Of a DNA stretch of 64,000 nt, positions 15,907 to 25,034 are shown piece after piece; the stretch's first letter is position 1; each line of letters begins with the position of its first letter. Position numbers and translations under genes: made by a program. The DNA is from Acutalibacteraceae bacterium (GTDB taxonomy: Bacteria > Bacillota > Clostridia > Oscillospirales > Acutalibacteraceae), in the NCBI GenBank assembly GCA_045593325.1, contig JAZNWL010000067.1, positions 1,149 through 65,148 on the forward strand. Direction: 5' to 3'. Below the pieces are notes generated by a model. The model ran no database searches. It worked only from the letters and a program-made list of their open reading frames with translations, and had not been told where the DNA came from.

Positions 15907-17610
15907 ATGGATATTCAAGAATTATATAACCAATGGTTAAAAGAGGCCACCGAGGATGCCGATTTAATTCCCGAACTTACCGACATTCAGGGAAAAGAAG
16001 ATGAAATCTTCGACCGCTTTTATCGGGAACTGGAATTCGGTACCGCAGGGCTTCGGGGTGTGATTGGTGCGGGAACCAACCGCATGAACATTTACACCGT
16101 TCGCAAAGCCACCCAGGGTCTCGCCCAATATATTCTGTCCGAAGGGGGCAACTCTGCCGCCATCGCTTACGACAGCCGCATTAAATCCGACCTGTTTGCA
16201 CGGGAAGCCGCCCGGGTGCTGGCCGCCAACGGCATTACCGTTCACCTTTACAAAGAACTGATGCCCACCCCCATGCTTTCCTACGCTGTGCGTCAACTGG
16301 GTTGCACCGCCGGCATCGTGGTCACCGCCAGCCACAACCCCTCCAAATACAACGGCTACAAAGCCTATGGCAGTGACGGTTGCCAACTGAGTGTGGAAAA
16401 CAGCGCAAAGGTGCTGGACTTTGTGGATCAGGTTGCCATGTTCGGGGGGGCCAAGCTTGTGGATTTTGACAAAGCTCTGGCAGACGGCACCATTCAATAT
16501 ATTTCCGACCAGCTCATTGAAAAATATCTGAACGAAGTGGCTTCCTATGCCATTGAACCGGTCACCACCGACCTGAAGGTGATTTACACCCCCTTGAACG
16601 GCACCGGGAACAAGCCCGTTCGCGCTATTTTGGATAAAATCGGCGTGAAAAACGTTACCATTGTAAAAGAACAGGAATTGCCCGACGGCAACTTCCCCAC
16701 CGCGCCTTATCCCAATCCTGAAATTCGCCAGGCCTTTGAATGTGCTTTGAATCTTGCCAAAACCGTTCCTGCCGACCTGCTTCTTGCCACCGACCCCGAT
16801 GCCGACCGTGTGGGTATTGCCGTGGCAGACGGGGACGGATATACCTTGATGAGCGGCAACGAAGTAGGGGCATTGCTGCTGGATTACGTTTTGTCCCGCC
16901 GTGCCGCCAAAGGCACTTTGCCCCAAAATCCCGTGGCAGTAAAAACCATTGTTTCCACCCAACTGGCCGCCAAGGTTGCCGCCAAATACAACTGCCAACT
17001 GATTGACGTTCTTACAGGGTTCAAATACATTGGGGAACAAGTTGGTTTGCTGGAAGCCAAAGGGGAAGAAAACCGCTTTGTGTTCGGCTTTGAAGAAAGT
17101 TACGGCTACAACATGAGCACTTGCGTGCGGGATAAAGACGCCGTGATCACTTCCATGATGATTTGTGAAATGGCTGCCTACTACAAAGGCCAAGGTAAAT
17201 CTTTACTGACGGTTCTTGCTGACCTTTACAAAGAACACGGCATTTTCTGCTGCAGCCAGAACAGTTTCACCTTCGAAGGTGCCGCCGGTATGGAAAAAAT
17301 GAAAAACATTATGGCTTCTCTCCGTGCCAACCCTCCCAAAGAAGCTGCCGGGGAACCCATCACCGCCATTCTGGACTACGGTACCCGTTTGGAAACCAAC
17401 ACCGTCACCGGGGAACAAACCCCCATCACCCTGCCCAAATCCGAAGTGCTGTACTATCGCCTGGGCAATGACGGAGACAATATTATTGTTCGTCCTTCCG
17501 GCACCGAACCCAAAATCAAAATTTATATCACCGCCATCGCCGATACCGAAGAAAAGGCAAAAGCCAAATCGGACGCTTGGCTGAATGAATTCAAAGCCAA
17601 GTTTAACTAA
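15907..17610 (+). CDS. Phosphoglucomutase/phosphomannomutase family protein (PgcA-like)
   Basis: 567 aa. Contains the active-site serine loop TASHNPSKYNGYK, the metal loop ATDPDADR and GFEESYGY. Confidence 0.9.
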   Translation: MDIQELYNQWLKEATEDADLIPELTDIQGKEDEIFDRFYRELEFGTAGLRGVIGAGTNRMNIYTVRKATQGLAQYILSEGGNSAAIAYDSRIKSDLFAREAARVLAANGITVHLYKELMPTPMLSYAVRQLGCTAGIVVTASHNPSKYNGYKAYGSDGCQLSVENSAKVLDFVDQVAMFGGAKLVDFDKALADGTIQYISDQLIEKYLNEVASYAIEPVTTDLKVIYTPLNGTGNKPVRAILDKIGVKNVTIVKEQELPDGNFPTAPYPNPEIRQAFECALNLAKTVPADLLLATDPDADRVGIAVADGDGYTLMSGNEVGALLLDYVLSRRAAKGTLPQNPVAVKTIVSTQLAAKVAAKYNCQLIDVLTGFKYIGEQVGLLEAKGEENRFVFGFEESYGYNMSTCVRDKDAVITSMMICEMAAYYKGQGKSLLTVLADLYKEHGIFCCSQNSFTFEGAAGMEKMKNIMASLRANPPKEAAGEPITAILDYGTRLETNTVTGEQTPITLPKSEVLYYRLGNDGDNIIVRPSGTEPKIKIYITAIADTEEKAKAKSDAWLNEFKAKFN

Positions 17611-17619
17611 ATATAAAAA

Positions 17620-17659
17620 ACAGCGGGTAACCTCTAACCGGGTTGCCCGCTGTTTTTTT
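17620..17659 (+). terminator. Terminator between the convergent pgm and AraC genes
   Basis: 13-bp stem acagcgggtaacc / ggttgcccgctgt (one G-U) followed by TTTTTTT. The right arm overlaps the last codons of the AraC gene. Confidence 0.7.
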
Positions 17660-18473
17660 GTTGCCTATACGTTCGGGGGCTGACCCCCACCCGTTTTTTA
17701 AACATCCGGGAAAAGGTAAGGATATCCTTATACCCGCAGGCGGCCGCCACTTCCCCCACGGTGAATGCGGTATACTGTAACAACCGTTTTGCCTGCTCCA
17801 CCCGTTTGCTCATGATAAAATCATTGGTGGTGGTTTGGCAAAATTCCCGAAACAAAGTAAGTAAATACTTCCGACAAATGGGGATTTGCGCCGCCACACA
17901 TTCGGCAGACAAAGATTCCTCCTCCAAGTGGTTCATAATATAGTCCACTGCTTTATTGAAATATACCCTTCGTTTGGTAACTTCGGTGGGTCGGTCAGAA
18001 GAAAGCCGGCGATTTTCTATCATCCCTTTGAAAAAAGCATACAGCCGTATTTTGTGTTCGATTTGCCATGCAAAATCATCAAAGGGAATCTGTTCGGTTT
18101 TTTGATGCAAGCCATGAAGGTGCTCCAAATCCCCAAAGGTACCAATGGGGTGTTCCCGTGAAAACCCCATGGCCCGACAAAGTTCTTCGCATTCGGTGCC
18201 GTCAAAATGCACCCAAACATATTGCCAAGGGTCTTTATCGTCCGACTGATAAACAAAAGGCGTTTGAGGATAAATCAAAAAGGCGTCTCCTTTTTGGGGT
18301 GTGTAGGTTTTTCCGTTTACCGTGAACCGCCCTGAACCACCCAATACCAGATGAAGCAAATAGTCATCGCGACAACCACTCACTTTGTTTCCTTTTTGTG
18401 TGGTTTCATGCCACGACACTTTATGCACCAATCCTTGTTGTTTTTCAACAGTAGGATTTTCTTTTACCAACAT
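17634..18473 (-). CDS. AraC family transcriptional regulator (cupin N-domain plus HTH)
   Basis: C-terminal AraC-type HTH (TVGEVAAACGYKDILTFSRMFKKRVGVSPRTYR). Divergent from the GH31 gene. Confidence 0.85.
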   Translation of the reverse strand: MLVKENPTVEKQQGLVHKVSWHETTQKGNKVSGCRDDYLLHLVLGGSGRFTVNGKTYTPQKGDAFLIYPQTPFVYQSDDKDPWQYVWVHFDGTECEELCRAMGFSREHPIGTFGDLEHLHGLHQKTEQIPFDDFAWQIEHKIRLYAFFKGMIENRRLSSDRPTEVTKRRVYFNKAVDYIMNHLEEESLSAECVAAQIPICRKYLLTLFREFCQTTTNDFIMSKRVEQAKRLLQYTAFTVGEVAAACGYKDILTFSRMFKKRVGVSPRTYRQQKNSGQPG

Positions 18474-18616
18474 TTTTCTTTTCCTTTCTCGGAGTATTTT
18501 AACGTCATTTTACCATGTTTCCATGTTCTTTGTCTATAGAAAAGTTCGTTTTTCCTTTTATACTGAAATTGAAAAAAGGATTTCTTCTACTAATTTCCAA
18601 GGAAGGTTGAGAAACG

Positions 18617-21600
18617 ATGAAGTTTGGTTCGATCACCCGTCTGTTGATAATACTATTGGCATTGTGCCTTGCACTGCCAACGCCCTTGACGGCATTGGCA
18701 TCAGAATCCTCAAATAATTCGGTTGAACAGATTGAAGAAAGGAGCGGTTCCGCTGTGACCACTGCATCTACCACCGGTGCCATTGGTAAGTTAATGGGTA
18801 CCTATACCAAGTCCGGCAGCAAAATCACCCTGCAAGCCCAAAACGGGGTTATGACCTTGAATTTCTGCAAGGACAACATGGTGCGGGTACGCATTGCCCC
18901 CACCGAAAAGGATTTCCTGGCTGACAACCCCAACCTGCAAGCAGTTAAAAAATTTGACAGCGACTTTGATGCCGTTGCCTTGACGGTAAAAGATACCGAA
19001 ACTGCCCTGGAAATCAAGACCAACGGGTTGACCGTCTTGGTGAACAAAACCACCCTGGCTTTAACCTACAAAGACAAAAACGGTTCGGTGATCACCAAAA
19101 ACACCGCCACAAATCCCACGGGATTTGAAGGAGAAGGCAAGTGGGTAAACTTCCAACGGGATGCCGGTGGCATCGAGGAACACTTCTATGGCCTGGGCGC
19201 CGCACCCACCAGCGGTTTTACCTCGGTGGATTGGCGAAACAGATCTTATGATCTATGGATGCTGGACACCGGGGTTCACGCCATTACCCCCTTTTATTAT
19301 TCCACAGCGGGTTACGGTATTTACCTGAACAATTCTAACAAGGGTAAAATTTCTTTCAGAACCACCTGTGCCATTGAAATCGAAGGTGGAGAACTGGACT
19401 ATTACTTTATTTACGGCCCTTCGTTCAAAGACATTCAGTCAAACTTCGGAGAACTGTGCGGCACCATTGCCATGCCTCCTTTGTCTTCCTTAGGATTGAC
19501 CTATCGCGGGGCTTTGAATTTCACCGATGAACAGTTGATTTCGGCAATTAAAGATTTTCAGAATGCGGATATCGCGGTGGACACGGTGGGGGTTGAACCC
19601 GGTTGGCAAACCGCCACCTACCCCTGCACCTACGTGTGGAGCAACAAATTCCCCGATCCCGCCGAATTCATCAAATCCATTCATAATTTAGGCGTGAAGG
19701 TAAACCTGTGGGAACATCCCTTCGTTCACACCCAATCTCCCATTTATGATTCCATTAAGCCCTATTCTTTGACTTCCGAAACCTTGAGTGTAAATGCCGG
19801 CGATAAAAATTATGGTTTTCAGGGATTGGTTCCTGACTTCACCCTGCCTGACACCAAAGAGATCTATTGGCAGATCCACAATCAAAATCTGGCATCCATC
19901 GGGGTGGACGGTTTTAAAATCGACGAAACCGACAGTTGGGTTTGCGGCTCTGAATTGGACATTACCTTTCCCGGTGGTTTGTCTGCCAACGCCTATCACA
20001 ATATCATGGGAACGTTAACGGTCAACAACATGGCTGACCATTACAAGACGGAATACAACAAGCGAATTTTCACCTTTAGCCGAGGAAATTACACCGGCAT
20101 GCAACGGTATGCCACCACCGCCTATTCCGACACTTACGGCTTCAGTCAATATTTGATGACAGTAATTGCCCAATCCTATTCCGGCACCTATTTTACCCCG
20201 GAAGTACGGGGTGCTTCCACTTCCAATGATGTGGATTATATGCGCCGCACCCAGATGATGTTTATGACTCCCTTTGCCATGAACAACGAATGGATCGACG
20301 GACAAGACGTGTTGGACCGTTCCCAGGCAGTCATTGATAACTACAAAAAATACAACCACCTTTACTATTCTTTGATTCCCTATAAATACTCCCTGTTCTG
20401 GCAACAGCACACCAAGGGGCTTTCGGTGATTCGTGCCTTACCTATGGAATTTCAAGAAGACCAAGAAACCTATTCGGTGAAAAATCAATTCCTGTTGGGA
20501 GATTCTATTCTGGTTGCGCCCATCAACAGCACCAACCAAAAAGCTGCCCGCTCCATTTACCTTCCCGCCGGTGCCCATTGGGTAGATTACGAAACCGGAT
20601 ACGTTTATGAAGGAGGGCAATCCATCTCCTATACTGCCAATGCCGACGTTTTGCCCTTGTTTATTCGCAAAGGAGCAATTATTCCCACCGGGGCGGTAGG
20701 AAAAAACACCTCAGACAAAGGCGATACCACCATTACTTATGACCTATACCCCACCGATGCGAAAACCGATTTCACGTTGTACGAAGATGACGGTGAAAGT
20801 TACGATTACGAAAAAGGCAAATATGCCACCACCGAACTTTCTTTGGAAAAAAGCGCCAACACCATTACCTTTACTGCCGCTCAACGTACCGACGGTTATA
20901 AAATTGCCAACCGAAATGCCGTTGCCAAAGTTCATTACCGCACCAAGCCCTATGCCGTCGCCCTGAACGGAACCAATCTGGAACAAGTGGCATCCTTTGA
21001 CGCCTTTGAAAGTGCAACCGGCAACGTTTGGTTTTATAACGACGGCGAGAAAGATTCCGAAAAAATCGTATACGTAAAATACAACGATACCGGGAAAACA
21101 CAAACAGTCACCTTGAACGTTGGGGAAGAACCGGAACAAATCTTACCGGGAGAAACGCCCTCCACCGCCGTTCGCTTCGAATGTGAAGATACCGGCAACA
21201 AATTCAGAGGTACCACCACCAAATCGCTGGCATCCGCTTCCGGTGAAAAAGTGGTTGCCAACGTGGGCAACAATGGACGCAATCATTTCACCATGAATAT
21301 CACCATGGAAGAAGATGGTGTGTATCCGGTAGATATTGCCTTTGCTAACGGCGAACAACTCCGCACCTGTTACCTTGAGGTCAACCAAGAAGAAGGGCGC
21401 GAGTTCTATTTCTATTCCACCGGCGGCTTTGACAGAATCTCCACCATTTGCACCAATTTGCCTTTGAAAAAAGGTACCAACACCTTGCGGTTTTACACCC
21501 TGCAAGGAGAAGGTTGGGCACCTGATTTTGACTACATTGACGTGTATGAGGATTCCCCCGTACAACAAACAACAGGTGGAATATACCGCTTACCCTCACA

Positions 21601-22183
21601 AGGAACAGCCATAGGTACATTTGTGGAAGAAAACCCATTCGCCATGGAAAAACAAGTAATTAACGGCTTGGCAGGAGAAACCAAACAATTCCAATTTAAC
21701 GGGATTTTTTCTCAAAAGAATCAACCGGGCGAAGTTACCCTTTGCTATGCCAATATCGGTGACAAAAACGGTTCCCTTACCATTACGGTAAACGGGCAAT
21801 CTAAAGTATTGTACCTGCCTCCCACCCATTCTCCCCATCAATTCAGTAGAGTTTCGGTTGCCATGGATTTCGTAACCGGAGAAAACACCGTTACCTTAAC
21901 CGGGGATATCCAAACGGATTGTGATAACACGGGAATTACCGTAGAAGCCATTATGGTTCCTTCCATTGGATTTACCGATACACCATTCACCTACGGTGAC
22001 GTAAACCAAGATACTAAAATTGATGCCAAAGATGCCTTGCAAGTATTGAAATATGCGGTGGATCAAATTGATTTAACCGAAATCCAAAAGAAAGCCGCTA
22101 ATGTAAACAAGGATGATGCCATCAATGCCAAAGATGCCTTGGAAATTTTGAAAAAGTCGGTAAATAAACCCGCTTGTTTCTAA
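18617..22183 (+). CDS. Secreted GH31 alpha-glycosidase with two CBM-like modules and a C-terminal dockerin
   Basis: Signal peptide MKFGSITRLLIILLALCLALPTPLTALA. The GH31-like core includes GVDGFKIDETD. Two beta-sandwich-like segments follow after aa 850. The C-terminus reads GDVNQDTKIDAKDALQVLKYAV...NVNKDDAINAKDALEILKKSV. Confidence 0.85.
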   Translation: MKFGSITRLLIILLALCLALPTPLTALASESSNNSVEQIEERSGSAVTTASTTGAIGKLMGTYTKSGSKITLQAQNGVMTLNFCKDNMVRVRIAPTEKDFLADNPNLQAVKKFDSDFDAVALTVKDTETALEIKTNGLTVLVNKTTLALTYKDKNGSVITKNTATNPTGFEGEGKWVNFQRDAGGIEEHFYGLGAAPTSGFTSVDWRNRSYDLWMLDTGVHAITPFYYSTAGYGIYLNNSNKGKISFRTTCAIEIEGGELDYYFIYGPSFKDIQSNFGELCGTIAMPPLSSLGLTYRGALNFTDEQLISAIKDFQNADIAVDTVGVEPGWQTATYPCTYVWSNKFPDPAEFIKSIHNLGVKVNLWEHPFVHTQSPIYDSIKPYSLTSETLSVNAGDKNYGFQGLVPDFTLPDTKEIYWQIHNQNLASIGVDGFKIDETDSWVCGSELDITFPGGLSANAYHNIMGTLTVNNMADHYKTEYNKRIFTFSRGNYTGMQRYATTAYSDTYGFSQYLMTVIAQSYSGTYFTPEVRGASTSNDVDYMRRTQMMFMTPFAMNNEWIDGQDVLDRSQAVIDNYKKYNHLYYSLIPYKYSLFWQQHTKGLSVIRALPMEFQEDQETYSVKNQFLLGDSILVAPINSTNQKAARSIYLPAGAHWVDYETGYVYEGGQSISYTANADVLPLFIRKGAIIPTGAVGKNTSDKGDTTITYDLYPTDAKTDFTLYEDDGESYDYEKGKYATTELSLEKSANTITFTAAQRTDGYKIANRNAVAKVHYRTKPYAVALNGTNLEQVASFDAFESATGNVWFYNDGEKDSEKIVYVKYNDTGKTQTVTLNVGEEPEQILPGETPSTAVRFECEDTGNKFRGTTTKSLASASGEKVVANVGNNGRNHFTMNITMEEDGVYPVDIAFANGEQLRTCYLEVNQEEGREFYFYSTGGFDRISTICTNLPLKKGTNTLRFYTLQGEGWAPDFDYIDVYEDSPVQQTTGGIYRLPSQGTAIGTFVEENPFAMEKQVINGLAGETKQFQFNGIFSQKNQPGEVTLCYANIGDKNGSLTITVNGQSKVLYLPPTHSPHQFSRVSVAMDFVTGENTVTLTGDIQTDCDNTGITVEAIMVPSIGFTDTPFTYGDVNQDTKIDAKDALQVLKYAVDQIDLTEIQKKAANVNKDDAINAKDALEILKKSVNKPACF

Positions 22184-22200
22184 ACTTCATTCACCAAAAA

Positions 22201-22225
22201 GGGACAGTTCCGATGGAACTGTCCC
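22201..22225. terminator. Bidirectional terminator hairpin between GH31 and the ABC operon
   Basis: Perfect 11-bp stem gggacagttcc / ggaactgtccc with a gat loop, an A-run upstream and a T-rich stretch downstream. Confidence 0.75.
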
Positions 22226-22242
22226 TTTATTAATTCTTGCGT

Positions 22243-24453
22243 TTACGAAACGCCCTTTTCCACGCTTTTCACCGCGTGCATTTCCAACTGGGCTTCCACA
22301 AGCCCTTTGTAAATGCCCTTTTCTTTTTGCATCAATTCCTCATGACTGCCCATTTCGGCAATGGTATGCTCATCAATTACAAAAATACGGTCGCACCCTT
22401 TCAAGGTGGAAAGGCGGTGGGCAATGGCAAAGGTGGTTCTGCCTTTTTTCAGCCGTTCCAATGCTTTTTGAATCATAAATTCGCTTTCGGTATCCAAGCT
22501 GGAAGTGGCTTCATCCAAAATTAAAAGGCGGGGATTTACAAGCACCGCACGGGCAATGGCAATCCGTTGCCGTTCCCCACCCGAAAGCCGCTGGCCTTTT
22601 TCCCCTACGGGGGTTTGGTAACCGTAAGGAAACTTGCAAATAAAATCGTGTGCCCCCGCCACCTTGGCGGCGTGAATCACTTCTTCCACGGTGGCGTCCG
22701 GTTTGGCAAACCGAATGTTATCCAACACGGTGCCCGCAAACAAATAATTCTCCTGCAACACCACACCGATTTGGCTGTGCAAACAGGTGGTATCCCAAGT
22801 GCGAATGTCTTTCCCGTCTATGAGTATCTTCCCTTGATTCACATCATAAAGTCGCATAATCAGGTTGATCATGGTGGATTTTCCCGTCCCGGAAGCCCCT
22901 ACCAAACCAATGGATTCTCCCGCTTTTACGGTAAAGGAAATATCTTTCAGCACCGGCTCATACGCCCGATACCCAAAGGTTACGTTCTCAAAGGCAACGT
23001 CCCCTGTAATGGGTTGGGCAACAGGGGTTTCCTGTACCGAAAGGCTCTCGGTTTGCCCCATTACGTCATCAATACGGGCAAGGCTGATTCGCAAATCCAT
23101 CAACATTCGGGGAAGCCATGTAAACCACCCCAACGGGCCGAACATCATATTGGCATAGGAAATATACTGTGCCATTTGCCCCACGGTAAATCCCGTACCG
23201 CTCAGCACCTTCCATCCCCCTGCCAATAACACAAGGGAAGTGCCTAAGTTAAGCAGAAATCCCATAGTGGGATTAAACTTTGCCCAAAACACTTCACTTT
23301 TTTCCTGAATGGCGGCAAGGTTTCCCGCTTCTTGTTCAAATGCCTTGGTTTCTTTTTCTTCCTTGCCGAAGGTTTTTACCACCCGAATGCCCTGCAACAC
23401 ATCCTGCAGGTGACTGTTCAGGCGGTCGTCCCTGCGGCGAACCAAGGAAAACATACGATGCATCGGTCTGCGAAGGGTACGGAACATCACCCAAATGAAG
23501 GGCACAAATACCACCGAAATTAAGGTGAGCTTCCAATCCATATATAACATCATACCAAAAGCACCCAAAAAGGTGATAATATAGGTAAACATATTGGTGA
23601 ACACGTTTTCCATAAACCGCCGCACGGTGCCGGTATCCCCCACAATGCGGTTCATCAAATCTCCGGGTTTTCGGGAATCGTGGTAAGCAAGGGAAAGGGC
23701 TTGTACCTTTTGGAACAAAGCCGACCGCAACGCATTGCTGATTTTCGACCCTAACACCACCCCGTAATACCGTTTTACTAAATCGATTACCACAGCAAGC
23801 GCGGTGAATAAAGCAAGTACCCCCACAAAGGTGAGAATGGCACTCCAGCTCCCCTTTGCAGGGAGCAAATGTTCATCAATAAAAACCTGTTGCCATTTGG
23901 CGGTGTAAAGGGAAATGCCGGCCGCCGAAAGCATAAGAACCCAAATCACAACAAATCGGGGTAAAAAGGGCTTGCAAATCTCAAACAAGCGTTTGAGCCC
24001 TGCGGTTTTTCCTTCACAAACAGGGCAAGAGGACACCCCGTGCATCACCTTGCCGCATTTTTTGCAAACCGTTTCGGCTTCCCCGCTTTCCACAAGGCGA
24101 AAATCCCCTTCCATAAAACGGGTGATGCCTCGCACTACGTAGGAAAATTTAGCAAGCAAAGCGGTGGTAAAACGGCAAAGCACCAACGGCTCTCCGCCCA
24201 CGGTAAGGGTAACGTACCCAACCCCAATTCCCTTTTGGCATTCTGCCTTTTCCAGGGAAGAAAGAGGGTAAAACGCCGTTACGGTATCCCCCTCAAAAAT
24301 CCCCAAAGCGGTGTGGGATACCGCCAACCATCTGTCCTTTGCAAAAGTTCCTTGTTCATCCAGGTCAAAGGGAATACAATACACCATTTCGTTGGCATCG
24401 TTTTTCTTCCAATTTTCCATTTGCTTTGCCGATAGGTCAACACATAAATTCAC
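22243..24453 (-). CDS. ABC exporter half-transporter (TMD-NBD) with an N-terminal cytoplasmic domain and a zinc ribbon
   Basis: Walker A GASGTGKST, signature LSGGERQRIAIARA, Walker B LLILDEATSSLD. N-terminal extension of about 165 aa containing CKKCGKVMHGVSSCPVC. GTG start at 24453, 7 nt after GGGGAGGTG. Confidence 0.88.
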   Translation of the reverse strand: MNLCVDLSAKQMENWKKNDANEMVYCIPFDLDEQGTFAKDRWLAVSHTALGIFEGDTVTAFYPLSSLEKAECQKGIGVGYVTLTVGGEPLVLCRFTTALLAKFSYVVRGITRFMEGDFRLVESGEAETVCKKCGKVMHGVSSCPVCEGKTAGLKRLFEICKPFLPRFVVIWVLMLSAAGISLYTAKWQQVFIDEHLLPAKGSWSAILTFVGVLALFTALAVVIDLVKRYYGVVLGSKISNALRSALFQKVQALSLAYHDSRKPGDLMNRIVGDTGTVRRFMENVFTNMFTYIITFLGAFGMMLYMDWKLTLISVVFVPFIWVMFRTLRRPMHRMFSLVRRRDDRLNSHLQDVLQGIRVVKTFGKEEKETKAFEQEAGNLAAIQEKSEVFWAKFNPTMGFLLNLGTSLVLLAGGWKVLSGTGFTVGQMAQYISYANMMFGPLGWFTWLPRMLMDLRISLARIDDVMGQTESLSVQETPVAQPITGDVAFENVTFGYRAYEPVLKDISFTVKAGESIGLVGASGTGKSTMINLIMRLYDVNQGKILIDGKDIRTWDTTCLHSQIGVVLQENYLFAGTVLDNIRFAKPDATVEEVIHAAKVAGAHDFICKFPYGYQTPVGEKGQRLSGGERQRIAIARAVLVNPRLLILDEATSSLDTESEFMIQKALERLKKGRTTFAIAHRLSTLKGCDRIFVIDEHTIAEMGSHEELMQKEKGIYKGLVEAQLEMHAVKSVEKGVS

Positions 24454-24483
24454 GGGTTTTCACCTCCCCGAACCAAAAAACAG

Positions 24484-25023
24484 CTACATATACAAATCCA
24501 CCATCCGCAATTCTTTTGCGGAAAGCTTTGTTACGTCGGGCAATTCAAAACGGTTGCCGTCCACATCCGAAACAATTAAGCGGGTGCTTGAGAGTTTGGA
24601 AACCCCGTTTTGGTCCACCGTAAAACGGCATACCCCTTTATCGGTATTCACATACCAATAGGAATAGCCGTATTGTTCTTTAATTTCAAAAATCCTCTGA
24701 ATTTTGGGCATAAAATATCGCAAATTCAGTTGATATTCAATGGCTTTTACCGTTTCCTCATCAAATACATTCAAGCGGGCAATGATGCCGATTTCCCGAT
24801 TGTTTTCATCCTCCTGCCGCACCGAAAGATATTCGTTTTCCCCGCTAAACGGGAAGGTGCGGAAAAAGAGAACCCGCGGGTATTCCTTGCCACGGTAGTG
24901 CAAGGTAACAAATCCACCTGAAGTTTTGGTAAACACAGCATTTTGGGGTGTAAGAAAGCGGGTTTCCAAAAGGTCGTCTGCCAACTGTTCTTCCTGTTTT
25001 AAAACCGAATTGTTTTTCTTCAT
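24484..25023 (-). CDS. DUF1854-like protein (ABC-transporter-associated)
   Basis: 179 aa, wedged between the two ABC genes. FRTFPFS...IGII...LNLRYFMPKIQRIFEIKEQYGYSYWYVNTDKG matches my recollection of the DUF1854 pattern. Confidence 0.7.
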   Translation of the reverse strand: MKKNNSVLKQEEQLADDLLETRFLTPQNAVFTKTSGGFVTLHYRGKEYPRVLFFRTFPFSGENEYLSVRQEDENNREIGIIARLNVFDEETVKAIEYQLNLRYFMPKIQRIFEIKEQYGYSYWYVNTDKGVCRFTVDQNGVSKLSSTRLIVSDVDGNRFELPDVTKLSAKELRMVDLYM

Positions 25024-25034
25024 TTTCCGTCCCC

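Noticed and set aside
15964-17193. 409-aa minus-strand ORF inside the phosphoglucomutase gene
   Set aside because: It is antisense to a gene with clear catalytic motifs, and its translation is G/V/H-rich nonsense. Shadow ORF.
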